Origin: Macrostomum lignano
Lineage: Eukaryota
Length of the DNA stretch: 64,000 nt
NCBI GenBank assembly: GCA_002269645.1
Contig: NIVC01001036.1
Coordinates: 1 to 64,000 of the forward strand
Direction: 5' to 3'
Position 1 is the first letter of the stretch; each line of letters starts with the position of its first letter. The position numbers and the translations under genes were made by a program. This document shows positions 12,596-24,255 of this stretch, piece after piece. The notes below the pieces were generated by a model. The model was not told the origin of the DNA. It searched no databases and saw only the letters and a program-made list of their open reading frames with translations.

Positions 12596-14199
12596 GTGAG
12601 CTACTACTCCTCCGGTTTTTTCCGCCTCATCCTTGGCAGAGGGAGGCTGGTCCGGTATGTGAGGTTACGTAAGCACTGCATTTCCATGCAGATTAGTTCA
12701 TTTCCCTCAAGCCGCCCCCCCTCATCTCTGCAGCCTCACCTATCTGGGACTTTGGGATTGATGGGGCTTGGCTCCAGACTCCTCCCGTTTCTTCATCTCA
12801 TCTTCTTCTTCATCATTGATGTCGTGGCCATTTCTTTCTTTTTCTTCTCAAATCATCGGTTCATTCATTCGACTCCCCCTCACCTCAATTCAGCCCCTGT
12901 TCCCTGTTTGATCCTCAGTTTGCCGCCCTGAGGGAGGGGGTGAGAGGGGAAGGGGTGGGCAGGAGGCCGGCAACCATCAAAAACTCGATCCTCCCCGGCA
13001 AGCAGATTTTAATGAGCTGCCTAAATCGCCTTTACATGGAAATGGCTATTCATATTTTTGCTTCATTTTTTCTCTTTTCTCTGCACGAAGCCCCAGTCAA
13101 AGGCATTGTGTTAAGCAACCCAATTTTAACTTAGATTTAATTTTTTAATCTATAGGTAGGACACTAAACACTTCGTTCATGCTCACCCACTGACAGAATC
13201 GCTCACCCCACTGACATAATCAGTCACTTAATGACAGAACCCAAACCAAGCCCATGTGGTGACTTTCAAACCTTCAATCGAATATTAAATCCATGCTTTC
13301 GCAAGTATTTCCCTTCTGAAAAATGTCTACACACCCCCAAGAATCTTCTCAAAGATTAATGACCGAATGGCACGAAATCGACTGACTTGTGCCGATGATT
13401 TTCCAAATGGAGACTGAGCAGATGGAGCTGCGCTTTCTTCGCAGTTATAATTCTTGGTGTGGGCACGTTTTTTGGCTTAAAGACACGATCGACAGGGGGG
13501 AATGAGTTGAGTCGAAGACAGAATAGGAAGGGGCTGAATAGGAAGGAAGCTGACTGATATCCCCTCACTGAAGGGAGATTTTCGCTTAAGACTCTTCTTT
13601 TGGCCAACTGTATACAGTGAAGTTGGGATATCGCTTCCATCTCCGTCAGCTATATTCATAACTTTTTTGCATAATGAGCCACTTCCTTCTAATCTCCCGA
13701 GGGGTGGGGGGAGCGCAACGGTAGACACATTCATCCATTTTTTCATTCAGCTTTTTCATACGCCGGGATATCGCAGACTGGTTGAGAGGGTCAAAGTTCA
13801 AAGACGCCTCCGTCAGACACTCCCTGAGGGCAATTTGAGCCAGTCATTGCTCTGCAGTTGCTCACTCACTCAACTAACGGTGATTCTGACTGCTCAATTC
13901 ACAGGCTGAGGCGAGTCAAAGTCAACGTCTTTGTCTCCATTGTTTCTTTTGTTTCTAGCGCTGGAACCTTGCGCCTGGACTCAGCATTTATAGCTCATAC
14001 ATGTGCTTGGTGTGAATGCTTTTACAGTTTTTGAAATATGCAATTTCAAATGTTTTTCTTTCCGGTTCGATGCTTTTAAGTAGCTCAACAAGTTTTAGTC
14101 TCTATGGCCAAGTTTGGGGTGGGGCAGAGCAGATCAGCGACCGATTCTCGCGCAAAAGTGAACCGGATTCCATTCCGTGCAAGACAACATTTATATCTG

Positions 14200-14600
14200 C
14201 CTTGTGTCTATGGCCAATCCTATCTTTACTTTATTTGTGTCTATACTGTCTATGGCCAAGCCTATCTGTACTTTATTTGTGTCTATACTGTCTATGGCCA
14301 AGCCTATCTGTACTTTATTTGTGTCTATACTATCTATGGTCAAGCCTATCTGTACTTTATTTGTGTCAATACTGTCTATGGCCATACCTAAATGTACTCT
14401 ATTTGTGCCTGTACTATATATGGCCAAGCCTATCTGTACTTTATTTGTGTCTATACTATCTATGGTCAAGCCTATCTGTACTTTATTTGTGTCAATACTG
14501 TCTATGGCCAAGCCTATCTGTACTTTATTTGTGTATATACTATCTATGTCCAAGCCTATCTGTACTCTATTTGTGCATACGGTATGAATGGCCAAGCCTA
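14200..14600. repeat. 42-bp minisatellite CTATGGCCAAGCCTATCTGTACTTTATTTGTGTCTATACTGT
   Basis: About 9 units. Confidence 0.93.
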
Positions 14601-15757
14601 ACTGTACACAGGCTCTGCCAGTAGGTTTTATAGCCTATTTCGAGTCTGTAATGTCTATGGCCAAGTCTGACTGCACTTCACATGTATTTCTACCTATATA
14701 CGCTCGTAAATGTAGGTATCCATGGCGCAACTGAACATGCCAATCTATCTTTCATTTTCTAATTTCCTTTTCGGGACATTAAAATTTGAACCCGATCAAA
14801 TTTGGTTCCCTGCTGCGACGCGGTAGGTTTCCCCCACCCACCCCCTGCCTCTCCCATAACCGGATTGTTAAGTTATTAATGCGACACAGCAAAGGCCCCA
14901 AGTCCACTGGGATCTCTGCTCTCCTCCCTCGCTTCTCCCAATTTCCCACGGACTGCGCAACTGCATGACCCCTTCAAAGCGCGCCTCTTATTGCTGAGTG
15001 GGCGATTAAAGCCAGCACCAACTCAGCAGGCAGCGCTAGCTGGACTCCAGACACCAGGGGGGGGGGGGCTTGCTAGGCCCCTTCCTTCGTCATACTCTTC
15101 GGGCCCAACGAAGAGTCACGTGCAACCCCTCGCCCCCTTCTTCCAAGACGGGGCGCCAAGGAGGGGACCCCAGACGCCCGGGGTTAGATCCCGGATGCCG
15201 TCCGCAAAATCCCTTATATCCCCCTTTAAGTCGCCACTTACGTAACTCTTTCTCATTCTATGCCTTTGCTGGCCTACAGACTATCGACCCTCCTCTAGTC
15301 CCACTCTGGCGCTGGGATCCTGAGAGTTTGGGGGGAGAGGAAAAAGGGGTGCCAACTTCAGAATCGCCTCTTGTTCATTCACTTTTTTCAACACATACAG
15401 ACAGGCACACAGGCATGTTGGGGAAACACGGGCCCAAGTAAATATTGTTGAGCTATTATGAAACAAGGCCAGAATTGAGGTGAAATGGAGAAAAAAAGCA
15501 ACAATAAAAATCGAGGCCTGTCAAACCGGCTCAGAGCTCCCAGGGCTATTTAGAAACTCTGTCAATACTGGATGACTCTGTGATACTCTGTCAGCCAATA
15601 GCAGGCCGCCCCTGCCATCTCTCCCCACCTCTCTCTCTCCATACACCAGCTAAATAGCCGCCACTGCAGCACTACAGGGCCCCTGGCGCCCCACACTCAA
15701 TTCGATTTCGATCTCTTTCTGCTCCTCTCGCTCGCAGTCCAAGCCTCGCAGTCGGAG

Positions 15758-16713
15758 ATGCTAAAGCGTCAGCTCATCCCCGCGGTGCTGTTGCTATTCA
15801 GCATCGCCGCCTCAGCCTCCGCGGCGCCGTTCCAGTGCAGCATCAGCGGCAGCAACGGATCCCGTCTAGAAACTGAAGTGCTGGGAGGTCGGCGAATCCA
15901 GCAGTCAGTCAGGCTGGCCGCGACCGCGATGCACAGCTGCCAGTGGGTGCTCAACTCCAGCACCTACACTGATTACGTAATCGAACGGAACCGGAGCGAC
16001 GCTGCGAGCTCCTGCCAGCGAGTCCGTGTCATCGGCGGACCCCTCGGCGGCTCCTGGACTGTCACAGCTCCGTCTGAGCCCGATCTCGACCCCCGCCTGG
16101 TTGGCAAGTGTCGCCACAGGCTGGGCGCGGACTGCCGCTACCACCTCACCGACTACCAGGCCGCCGACCAGCCCTGCCGCTACGAAAATGGCGGCCCGGT
16201 CTGCCAGGAGGCGCCCCGACAGTTCAGCGGCGTTCTGGGTGGCCGCAGCTTCAATGCCACCTGGATCCAGCTGGACCTCATCCCGGGAAACTCGAGCAGC
16301 TGCGCCTGGGTGCTGCTGGGCAGCTCCGCCAGCCTGTGGACTCACTCCGCCCAGGCTGCCGGCGGCCGCGCCTGCCTGACCTGCTCGCGTCATGCCGGAT
16401 CGGGCAAGGTCGCCTGCTCGCCTCCAGCGGCAGCCGCCGCTCCGCCAGGCACCGACTGCGAGCACCGGCTGGGACCGACTGCCGGCCGTACATGGTGGAC
16501 TTCGCCAACTCCGAGCTGCCCTGCCGGGAGACCCGCCGAAGCAGCGGCAGCGGTGGCGGCAGCGGCAGCAGCTCCCGTCAGGCCTCGTCGGATGCCAGCT
16601 ACCGGATGCTGATGTCGGACGACGGCGGCAGCAAGTCGGGCGTCCCAGTCGCCTCCTCGCTGATGCCGCTGCTGCTGCTGGCTGCAGGTGCCGCTGCCTC
16701 TCTGAGAAGGTAA
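15758..16713 (+). CDS. Secreted, probably GPI-anchored Cys-rich protein with two internal repeats (about 318 aa); one frameshift at 16471-16473
   Basis: Signal peptide MLKRQLIPAVLLLFSIAASASA. Repeat 1: VLGGRRI..SCQWVL..KCRHRLGADCRYHLTDY..PC. Repeat 2: VLGGRSF..SCAWVL..DCEHRLG[T]DCRPYMVDF..PC. One extra G joins ORF 15758..16612 to ORF 16108..16713, which ends in a Ser/Gly spacer and hydrophobic tail SSLMPLLLLAAGAAASLRR. Confidence 0.8.
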
Positions 16714-16789
16714 CAGACTGGAGTTGCGCCACCGGCTCCATGTGTGTCTACGGCACGAATCTGAAACTGATTGTACTAATGTTCCTTGA

Positions 16790-17000
16790 TCGGAAGAATC
16801 GCCCACGCCCCCATCGGAAGAATCGCCCATGCCCCCATCGGAAGAATCGCCCATCCCCATCGGAAGAATCGCCCATGCCCCCATCGGAAGAATCGCCATC
16901 CCCATCGGAAAAATCGCCCATGCCCCCATTGGAAGAATCGCCCATGCCCCCATCGGAAGAATCGCCCATGCCTCATCGCAAGAATCGCCCATGCCCTCAT
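16790..17000. repeat. 24-bp minisatellite CCATCGGAAGAATCGCCCATGCCC
   Basis: About 8 units just downstream of the stop codon. Confidence 0.9.
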
Positions 17001-17799
17001 CGGAAGGACCAGGCCCCATTGTTCTAAAAGAAATAATATATTGGACAAGCGTCCTACTTTGCAAGAAATAAAAGAAGTTGTATAAAAGCAAAACAAAAGA
17101 AACACAGAAGCAATGCAAAAACAATGTCTTGTTCAAATATTACTAATCAATTGAACTTCAAGATTTCTTACCTCTCTGCAATTTGATTACGCAATCTTTC
17201 TGAACTGAATGCTAACCAAATTTTATTTCAAAGCAAATTTGTACCATTTCTGAACTATTCCCGTCAGTGGTAAAATGCGGAACTCGAATCACCACTAAAG
17301 TACACTTTCTGCTCGAGAAACTGAATCACCAAAATTAATTATTCCCGTTGCTTTGTCGGGCAATGTTTAATAACTTTTTTATCTGTGCACATCATTTTCT
17401 ACTCATTTATTTTAAATGCTCACTGGTTGCACAGTTGCTTGCTTCTTCTAGTAGACAAAGTGGCACGTTTTTCTTCTTGCAGAAACATTGCTTGACCCGA
17501 TTCGATTGTCCCGTGTGCGTGCTTTGCAGCTGTTTGCTTTTTTGTGAACAATTACGTTTTTACCAATGTATGTGTTTGTTAGCTTTGTCAGCTTTTTTAC
17601 GAACGATTTTAGTATAATAAAAAATATTATAATGCTTACATACCCCTTACACACAGTGTGGGCAACACGAGTAATATATTGACACTTCGAATCCCAGCTA
17701 TGAAATACAAACAATGAAAAACTTGTCATAAATATTTTATCTGCGTTAGAAAATTTCATTTTTTTGATAGAATGTCATTGGAAAAGGTGGAGGTAGATG

Positions 17800-18255
17800 C
17801 GCCATCCCGTGAAGGGAGGGGCGGAAGGCGAAAGGCCATCCCGTAAAGGGAGAGGCGGAAGGAGAGGCGCCATCTCATGAAGGGGCGAAAGGAGAGGCGC
17901 CATCCTGTGAAGTGAGGGGCGGAAGGAGAGGCGCCATCCTGTGAAGGGAGGGGCGGAAGGAGAGGCGCCATCCCGTGAAAGGGCGGAAGGAGAGGCGCCA
18001 TCCTGTGAAGGGAGGGGCGGAAGGAGAGGCGCCATCCTGTGAAGGGAGGGGCGGAAGGAGAGGCGCCATCCCGTGAAAGGGCGGAAGGAGAGGCACCACC
18101 TCATGAAGGGGCGGAAGGAGAGGCACCACCTCATGAAGGGGCAGAAGGAGAGGCGCCATCTCATGAAGGGGCGGAAGGAGAGGCACCACCTCATGAAGGG
18201 GCAGAAGGAGAGGCGCCATCTCATGAAGGGGCGGAAGGAGAGGCGCCATCCCATG
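17800..18255. repeat. About 30-bp GA/GC-rich minisatellite GAAGGAGAGGCGCCATCYCRTGAAGGGGCG
   Basis: Tandem units with 28-34-bp variants. Confidence 0.9.
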
Positions 18256-18879
18256 GGGAGTCGCCATTCACCTGGCGCTATCCCACCAGGGGCGAGAAGA
18301 AGCTGAAAAAAAGCTCTTGACGTCTCTATTACAGATCCTGTGATGCTTAACTACAGGGGGAACTTTCTGTCCTGATGCAATTACAGAACCCAGGAATCGA
18401 AACTGGCTCTCAGCACCAACAGCGGTGCTAAAAAGCCCGTTTGCAACAGAGGCGGCTGCAATGTTAGGGTGCTAGCCGCCTACCGATGACGGGTGGGCAA
18501 GAAGCGGGCGAGGACAGTCAATCCGAGATCCAATTGTCTCAAATCTGGGTCTGTTGAGACTTAGCAGACAGAATTTAAGGTTCCCACCGAATATGCGGTT
18601 TGCTAATCAGCTTCTTGCTGGCTTACTGTCGGCTTTTACCTGACTCACTTGTTCGTTAGGCAGTCAACGGTGGGAAAGCGTTGAAGAAAACTCGGAGAAC
18701 CCAACGCGCTGCGCGAGATTGTAGCGCGCTGTAAAAAAATTCAATTTTCGTAAATCCAAAAAATCAGAGCTTCTTCTACAGTATTGCGAAGCTTTTTGAC
18801 ATTTTGAATTTAATTTGGGCTAATTTTAATTGCAAGTAGCAGCTAATGGCTGCGAAATTCTGTTTTTAGAATTGAAATC

Positions 18880-20880
18880 TGTAAGGGTGTGAATACTTCA
18901 GGGTGTAAATAGATCCTGGTGTGAATACTTCAGGGTGTGAATGGATCCTGGTGTGAATACTTCAGGGTGTGAATAGATCCTGGTGTGAATACTTCAGGGT
19001 GTGAATAGATCCTGGTGTGAACACTTCAGGGTGTGAATAGATCCTGGTCTGAATACTTCAGGGTGTGAATAGATCCTGGTGTGAAACCTCAGGGTGTGAA
19101 TAGATCCTGGTGTGAATACTTCAGGGTGTGAATAGATCCTGGTGTGAATACTTCAAAGCGTGAATAGATCCTGGTGTGAAACCTCAGGGTGTGAATAGAT
19201 CCTGGTGTGAATACTTCAGGGTGTGAATAGATCCTGGTCTGAATACTTCAAAGCGTGAATAGATCCTGGTGTGAAACCTCAGGGTGTGAATAGATCCTGG
19301 TGTGAATACTTCAGGGTGTGAATAGATCCTGGTGTGAATACTTCAGGGTGTGAATAGATCCCGGTGTGAATACTTCAAAGCGTGAATAGATCCTGGTGTG
19401 AATACTTCAGGGTGTGAATAGATCCTGATGTGAATACTTTAGGGTGTGAATACTTCAGGGTGTGAATAGATCCTGGTGTGAATACTTCAGGGTGTGAATA
19501 GATCCTGGTGTGAATACTTCAGGGTGTGAATAGATCCTGGTGTGAATACTTCAGGGTGTGAATAGATCCCGGTGTGAATACTTCAGGGTGTGAATAGATC
19601 CTGGTGTGAATACTTCAGGGTGTGAATAGATCCCGGTGTGAATACTTCAGGGTGTGAATAGATCCTGGTGTGAATACTTTAGGGTGTGAATAGATCCTGG
19701 TGTGAATACTTCAAAGCGTGAATAGATCCTGGTGTGAATACTTCAGGGTGTGAATAGATCCTGGTGTGAATACTTCAGGGTGTGAATAGATCCTGGTGTG
19801 AATACTTCAGGGTGTGAATAGATCCTGGTGTGAATACTTCAGGGTGTGAATAGATCCTGGTGTGAATACTTCAGGGTGTGAATAGATCCTGGTGTGAATA
19901 CTTCAGGGTGTGAATAGATCCTGGTGTGAATACTTCAGGGTGTGAATAGATCCTGGTGTGAATACTTCAGGGTGTGAATAGATCCTGGTGTGAAACCTCA
20001 GGGTGTGAATAGATCCTGGTGTGAATACTTCAGGGTGTGAATAGATCCTGGTGTGAATACTTCAAAGCGTGAATAGATCCTGGTGTGAATACTTCAGGGT
20101 GTGAATAGATCCTGGTGTGAATACTTCAGGGTGTGAATAGATCCTGGTGTGAATACTTCAGGGTGTGAATAGATCCTGGTGTGAATACTTCAGGGTGTGA
20201 ATAGATCCTGGTGTGAATACTTCAGGGTGTGAATAGATCCTGGTGTGAATACTTCAGGGTGTGAATAGATCCTGGTGTGAATACTTCAGGGTGTGAATAG
20301 ATCCTGGTGTGAATACTTCAGGGTGCGAATAGATCCTGGTGTGAATACTTCAGGGTGCGAATAGATCCTGGTCTGAATACTTCAGGGTGTGAATAGATCT
20401 TGGTGTGAATACTTCAGGGTGTGAATAGATCCTGGTGTGAATACTTCAGGGTGTGAAAAGATCCTGGTGTGAATACTTCAGGGTGTGAATAGATCCTGGT
20501 GTGAATACTTCATGGTGTGAATAGATCCTGGTGTGAATACTTCAGGGTGTGAATAGATCCTGGTGTGAATACTTCAGGGTGTGAATAGATCCTGGTGTGA
20601 ATACTTCAGGGTGTGAATAGATCCTGGTGTGAATACTTCAAAGCGTGAATAGATCCTGGTGTGAATACTTCAGGGTGTGAATAGATCCTGGTGTGAATAC
20701 TTCAGGGTGTGAATAGATCCTGGTGTGAATACTTCAGGGTGTGAATAGATCCTGGTGTGAATACTTCAGGGTGTGAATAGATCCCGGTGTGAATACTTCA
20801 AAGCGTGAATAGATCCTGGTGTGAATACTTCAGGGTGTGAATAGATCCTGGTGTGAATATATTAGGGTGTGAATATTTTA
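18880..20880. repeat. 32-bp satellite GTGTGAATACTTCAGG-GTGTGAATAGATCCTG (two 16-bp halves)
   Basis: About 60 highly homogeneous units. Confidence 0.98.
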
Positions 20881-22044
20881 TGATGTGAATTTTAAGTACG
20901 CGAATGCTCAAGATGAGGAAGATTTTTAATCCCCAGGAAAATAAAGCTACGGGATTAGGCATCTGTTGAAGGGAAAAGCTCTCCTCCGCGAGTTAATCTC
21001 TATCTGGGCTGCATCAGTTTGAGGCCGTGACCCAAAACCACCGTACAGAGCAGACACTGCTCAAGCTTACTGGACTGAATGGTTTCTTATTTAGCTTGTC
21101 ATTTTTGCCTATCAGATCAGATCGTGTTCAATCATTCGCTTCCACAGCCTGTCCACCACGGTTGACCCGGCGGCGTGTGCAATCAACAGCCGATCTCGGC
21201 TGAGGCTTGTGAGTTTTTGTTTCTAATCAAAATCGCCAGGCGGCAGATATGCCGGAGAGAAATTCCGGAATGGCTACTGGGGCAGCTTGTCGTATCTGAG
21301 GGGGGATTCGAGGGAGCTTCAGAATTTCGGAATTCGAATCTTCGCTCGACACTGTTGCTAGGGGATCTCTTCCCTCTCGCTCTCTGTTCTGTCTCTCACG
21401 CAGCCCCCCCCCCAGCTTCAAGACGTCGAGAACTGCGAAATGCCCCAACATGGCCGTCTACGCACCCCCCCCCCTCCTTCGACAGGCTGGGAAGCCCCTT
21501 GCGCGCTGGTTCTCGGGTGACTCACGGACAGCCAGAGAGGGCCAAGCCAGCTGCAGCAGCAGCAGCAACAGTAGCTTTTCTTATCAAGAAATTGTGAAAG
21601 AAAATCCTTATATATATCTAGAAGGCAAAAAACACTCGCCCAGATCCGCTAAAATCCAAATCCAGAAACAGGAGAAGCCCAATTGCATTCGAAAGGGGAT
21701 CAACGCTGATGGGGATAGAGGGAAATGAGGAATTTCTTAGAAAACCAGCGGAGCCAGAGGAAGCCTTGCTGGGCTACGAGAGCAGTAATTGGTGCGATGC
21801 GTGTTTGGAATGTCAAGACGCGGTCGGGGGCCAACAGCCGTTATCAGAGGCTGTGGTAAAAAGGTAGACAGAGGGTTGTCTGGGGGGTTTGTCTTGTTTG
21901 GGAAACACAAATCCAGACGGATCACCCAGAATTTCCACCGAATTTGAAACTGGTTGAAGCTGCTGTCAGGGTGACCCGGTGGCTTTATTAGAACTAGCGT
22001 CTTAGTGTAGGCTAGTCTATGCGATGATCAATGCTCAACTCATG

Positions 22045-22850
22045 ACCAGATGAGCAGTCAATGATCAATCAGCAGTACCAGATGAGCAATCAGTGATCAA
22101 TCAGCACTACCAGATGAGCAATCAGTGATCAATCAGCAGTACCAGATGAGCAATCAGTGATCAATCAGCAGTACCAGATGAGCAATCAGTGATCAATCAG
22201 CAGTACCAGATGAGCAATCAGTGATCAATCAGCAGTACCAGATGAGCAATCAGTGATCAATCAGCAGTACCAGATGAGCCATCAATGATCAATCAGCAGT
22301 ACCAGATGAGCAATCAATGATCAATCAGCAGTACCAGATGAGCAATCAGTGATCAATCAGCAGTACCAGATGAGCAATCAGTGATCAATCAGCAGTACCA
22401 GATGAGCCATCAATGATCAATCAGCAGTACCAGATGAGCAATCAATGATCAATCAGCAGTACCAGATGAGCAATCAGTGATCAATCAGCAGTACCAGATG
22501 AGCCATCAATGATCAATCGGCAGTACCAGATGAGCAATCAATGATCAATCAGCAGTACCAGATGAGCAATCAATGATCAATCGGCAGTACCAGATGAGCA
22601 ATCAGTGATCAATCAGCAGTACCAGATGAGCAATCAATGATCAATCGGCAGTACCAGATGAGCAATCAGTGATCAATCGGCAGTACCAGATGAGCAATCA
22701 ATGATCAATCAGCAGTACCAGATGAGCAATCAGTGATCAATCAGCAGTACCAGATGAGCAATCAGTGATCAATCATCAGTACCAGATGAGCAATCAGTGA
22801 TCAATCAGCAGTACCAGATGAGCAATCAGTGATCAATCATCAGTACCAGA
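22045..22850. repeat. 32-bp minisatellite CAGTACCAGATGAGCAATCAGTGATCAATCAG
   Basis: About 25 units. Confidence 0.97.
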
Positions 22851-23349
22851 TACATACAAAGGCTACCTATGTAATGTCACATATTTTCAGATTGACTGTA
22901 TAAATTTAAGATAGTTTGCTCATCCAGCCATGAGCTCTAAAAAAATTCCCAATCGCTAGCTAGCCTTGAGATATTCGTGAAGATATGCATTATTAAGGCT
23001 CGGCATTCACTCAGAGCTCCATCTAGTGAGCTGATAAAGAAATCCCATATCCAACAATGCCACAAGTTGCCTTTTTTGATTTCGTGAGCAGTTTGACTCA
23101 TACCGTACAGAGCTTCCGTTTTAGCGGGATATTCTACTCTTATCTTAGATGTTTGCCATCTAGGGGATTTTTTGAATGGGAAATGAAAGCTGAGAAGCCA
23201 TCAGATTCTATGATATAGTGTGTGTTTTTTGCTTTGCTAGTGGCTTTTTGAGGTTTTGGTTATCCGATTGCATGAGCGGGGTGTTAATTTGCATTCATTC
23301 CGTGAGTCATACAGGCTAGGGGTTAGCCTGACTGTTACTGGCTCCATGT

Positions 23350-23655
23350 CTAACAGGTGATACCTATGCATAACAGGTGATACCTATGCATAGCAGGTGA
23401 TACCTATGCATAACAGGTGATACCTATGCATAACAGGTGATACCTATGCATAACAGGTGATACCTATGCATAACAGGTGATACCTATGCATAACAGGTGA
23501 TACCTATGCATAACAGGTGATACCTATGCATAACAGGTGATACCTATGCATAACAGGTGATACCTATGCATAACAGGTGATACCTATGCATAACAGGTGA
23601 TACCTATGCATAACAGGTGATACCTATGCATAACAGGTGATGCTTATGCTTAACA
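23350..23655. repeat. 20-bp minisatellite TAACAGGTGATACCTATGCA
   Basis: About 15 near-perfect units. Confidence 0.97.
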
Positions 23656-23752
23656 GAGAGGATTGGGTCAAGCAAATATCTAACATGACCCATTCCCTTC
23701 ACATTCTATTACTTAGAGGTATATCAAGGTTTTAGCCCAGGTTCAAGGTTCA

Positions 23753-24080
23753 AGCCGTAGCCCAGTGGTTGAGCGCCGCGCTCTGATGTTTCAACGGCCC
23801 AGGCTCGATTCGAAATGCAATCCCACTAATTTGGGGCTAAATTGGAATCTCAGCTTGGCTCTGCTCGTGCAATGATGGCCAACCCCCAAGACACATTGAA
23901 GTGTACACGCCTTCCCGTGTGAGTGTGTGCCTTTGAGTATGACTGCGTACGTAGCCGCGCGCTTGTGTGCCTGCTCAGGGGAGTCGGCGGAATGGGCAGC
24001 AATGCCTCTCGCCGGTTGTGTGACAATGCTGTTTAAATTGCGCCAGGGTGCACACAGTCCCTGCCTCTACTCGTAATAAA
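23753..24080 (+). mobile_element. tRNA-derived SINE, family A, copy 2
   Basis: Head GCCGTAGCCCAGTGGTTGAGCG...GGCTCGATTCGA; body colinear with 7012-7360 (e.g. GCTCAGGGGAGTCGGCGGAATGGGCAG); A-rich end. Confidence 0.8.
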
Positions 24081-24255
24081 AAGAGAAAACCGGTAAAGCA
24101 ATTCACAATACTATTTACTGTCAAAGAAATAAAAAATATTAGTGACAGAATTCTTGTCTTTCGCGTGCAGTCTGACACCATTAGTTTCGTTCTCAAGACA
24201 ATTGTTTCCATAGACGACTGGCTAACAGCCGCATATATGGGAATTAGCAATAAAA

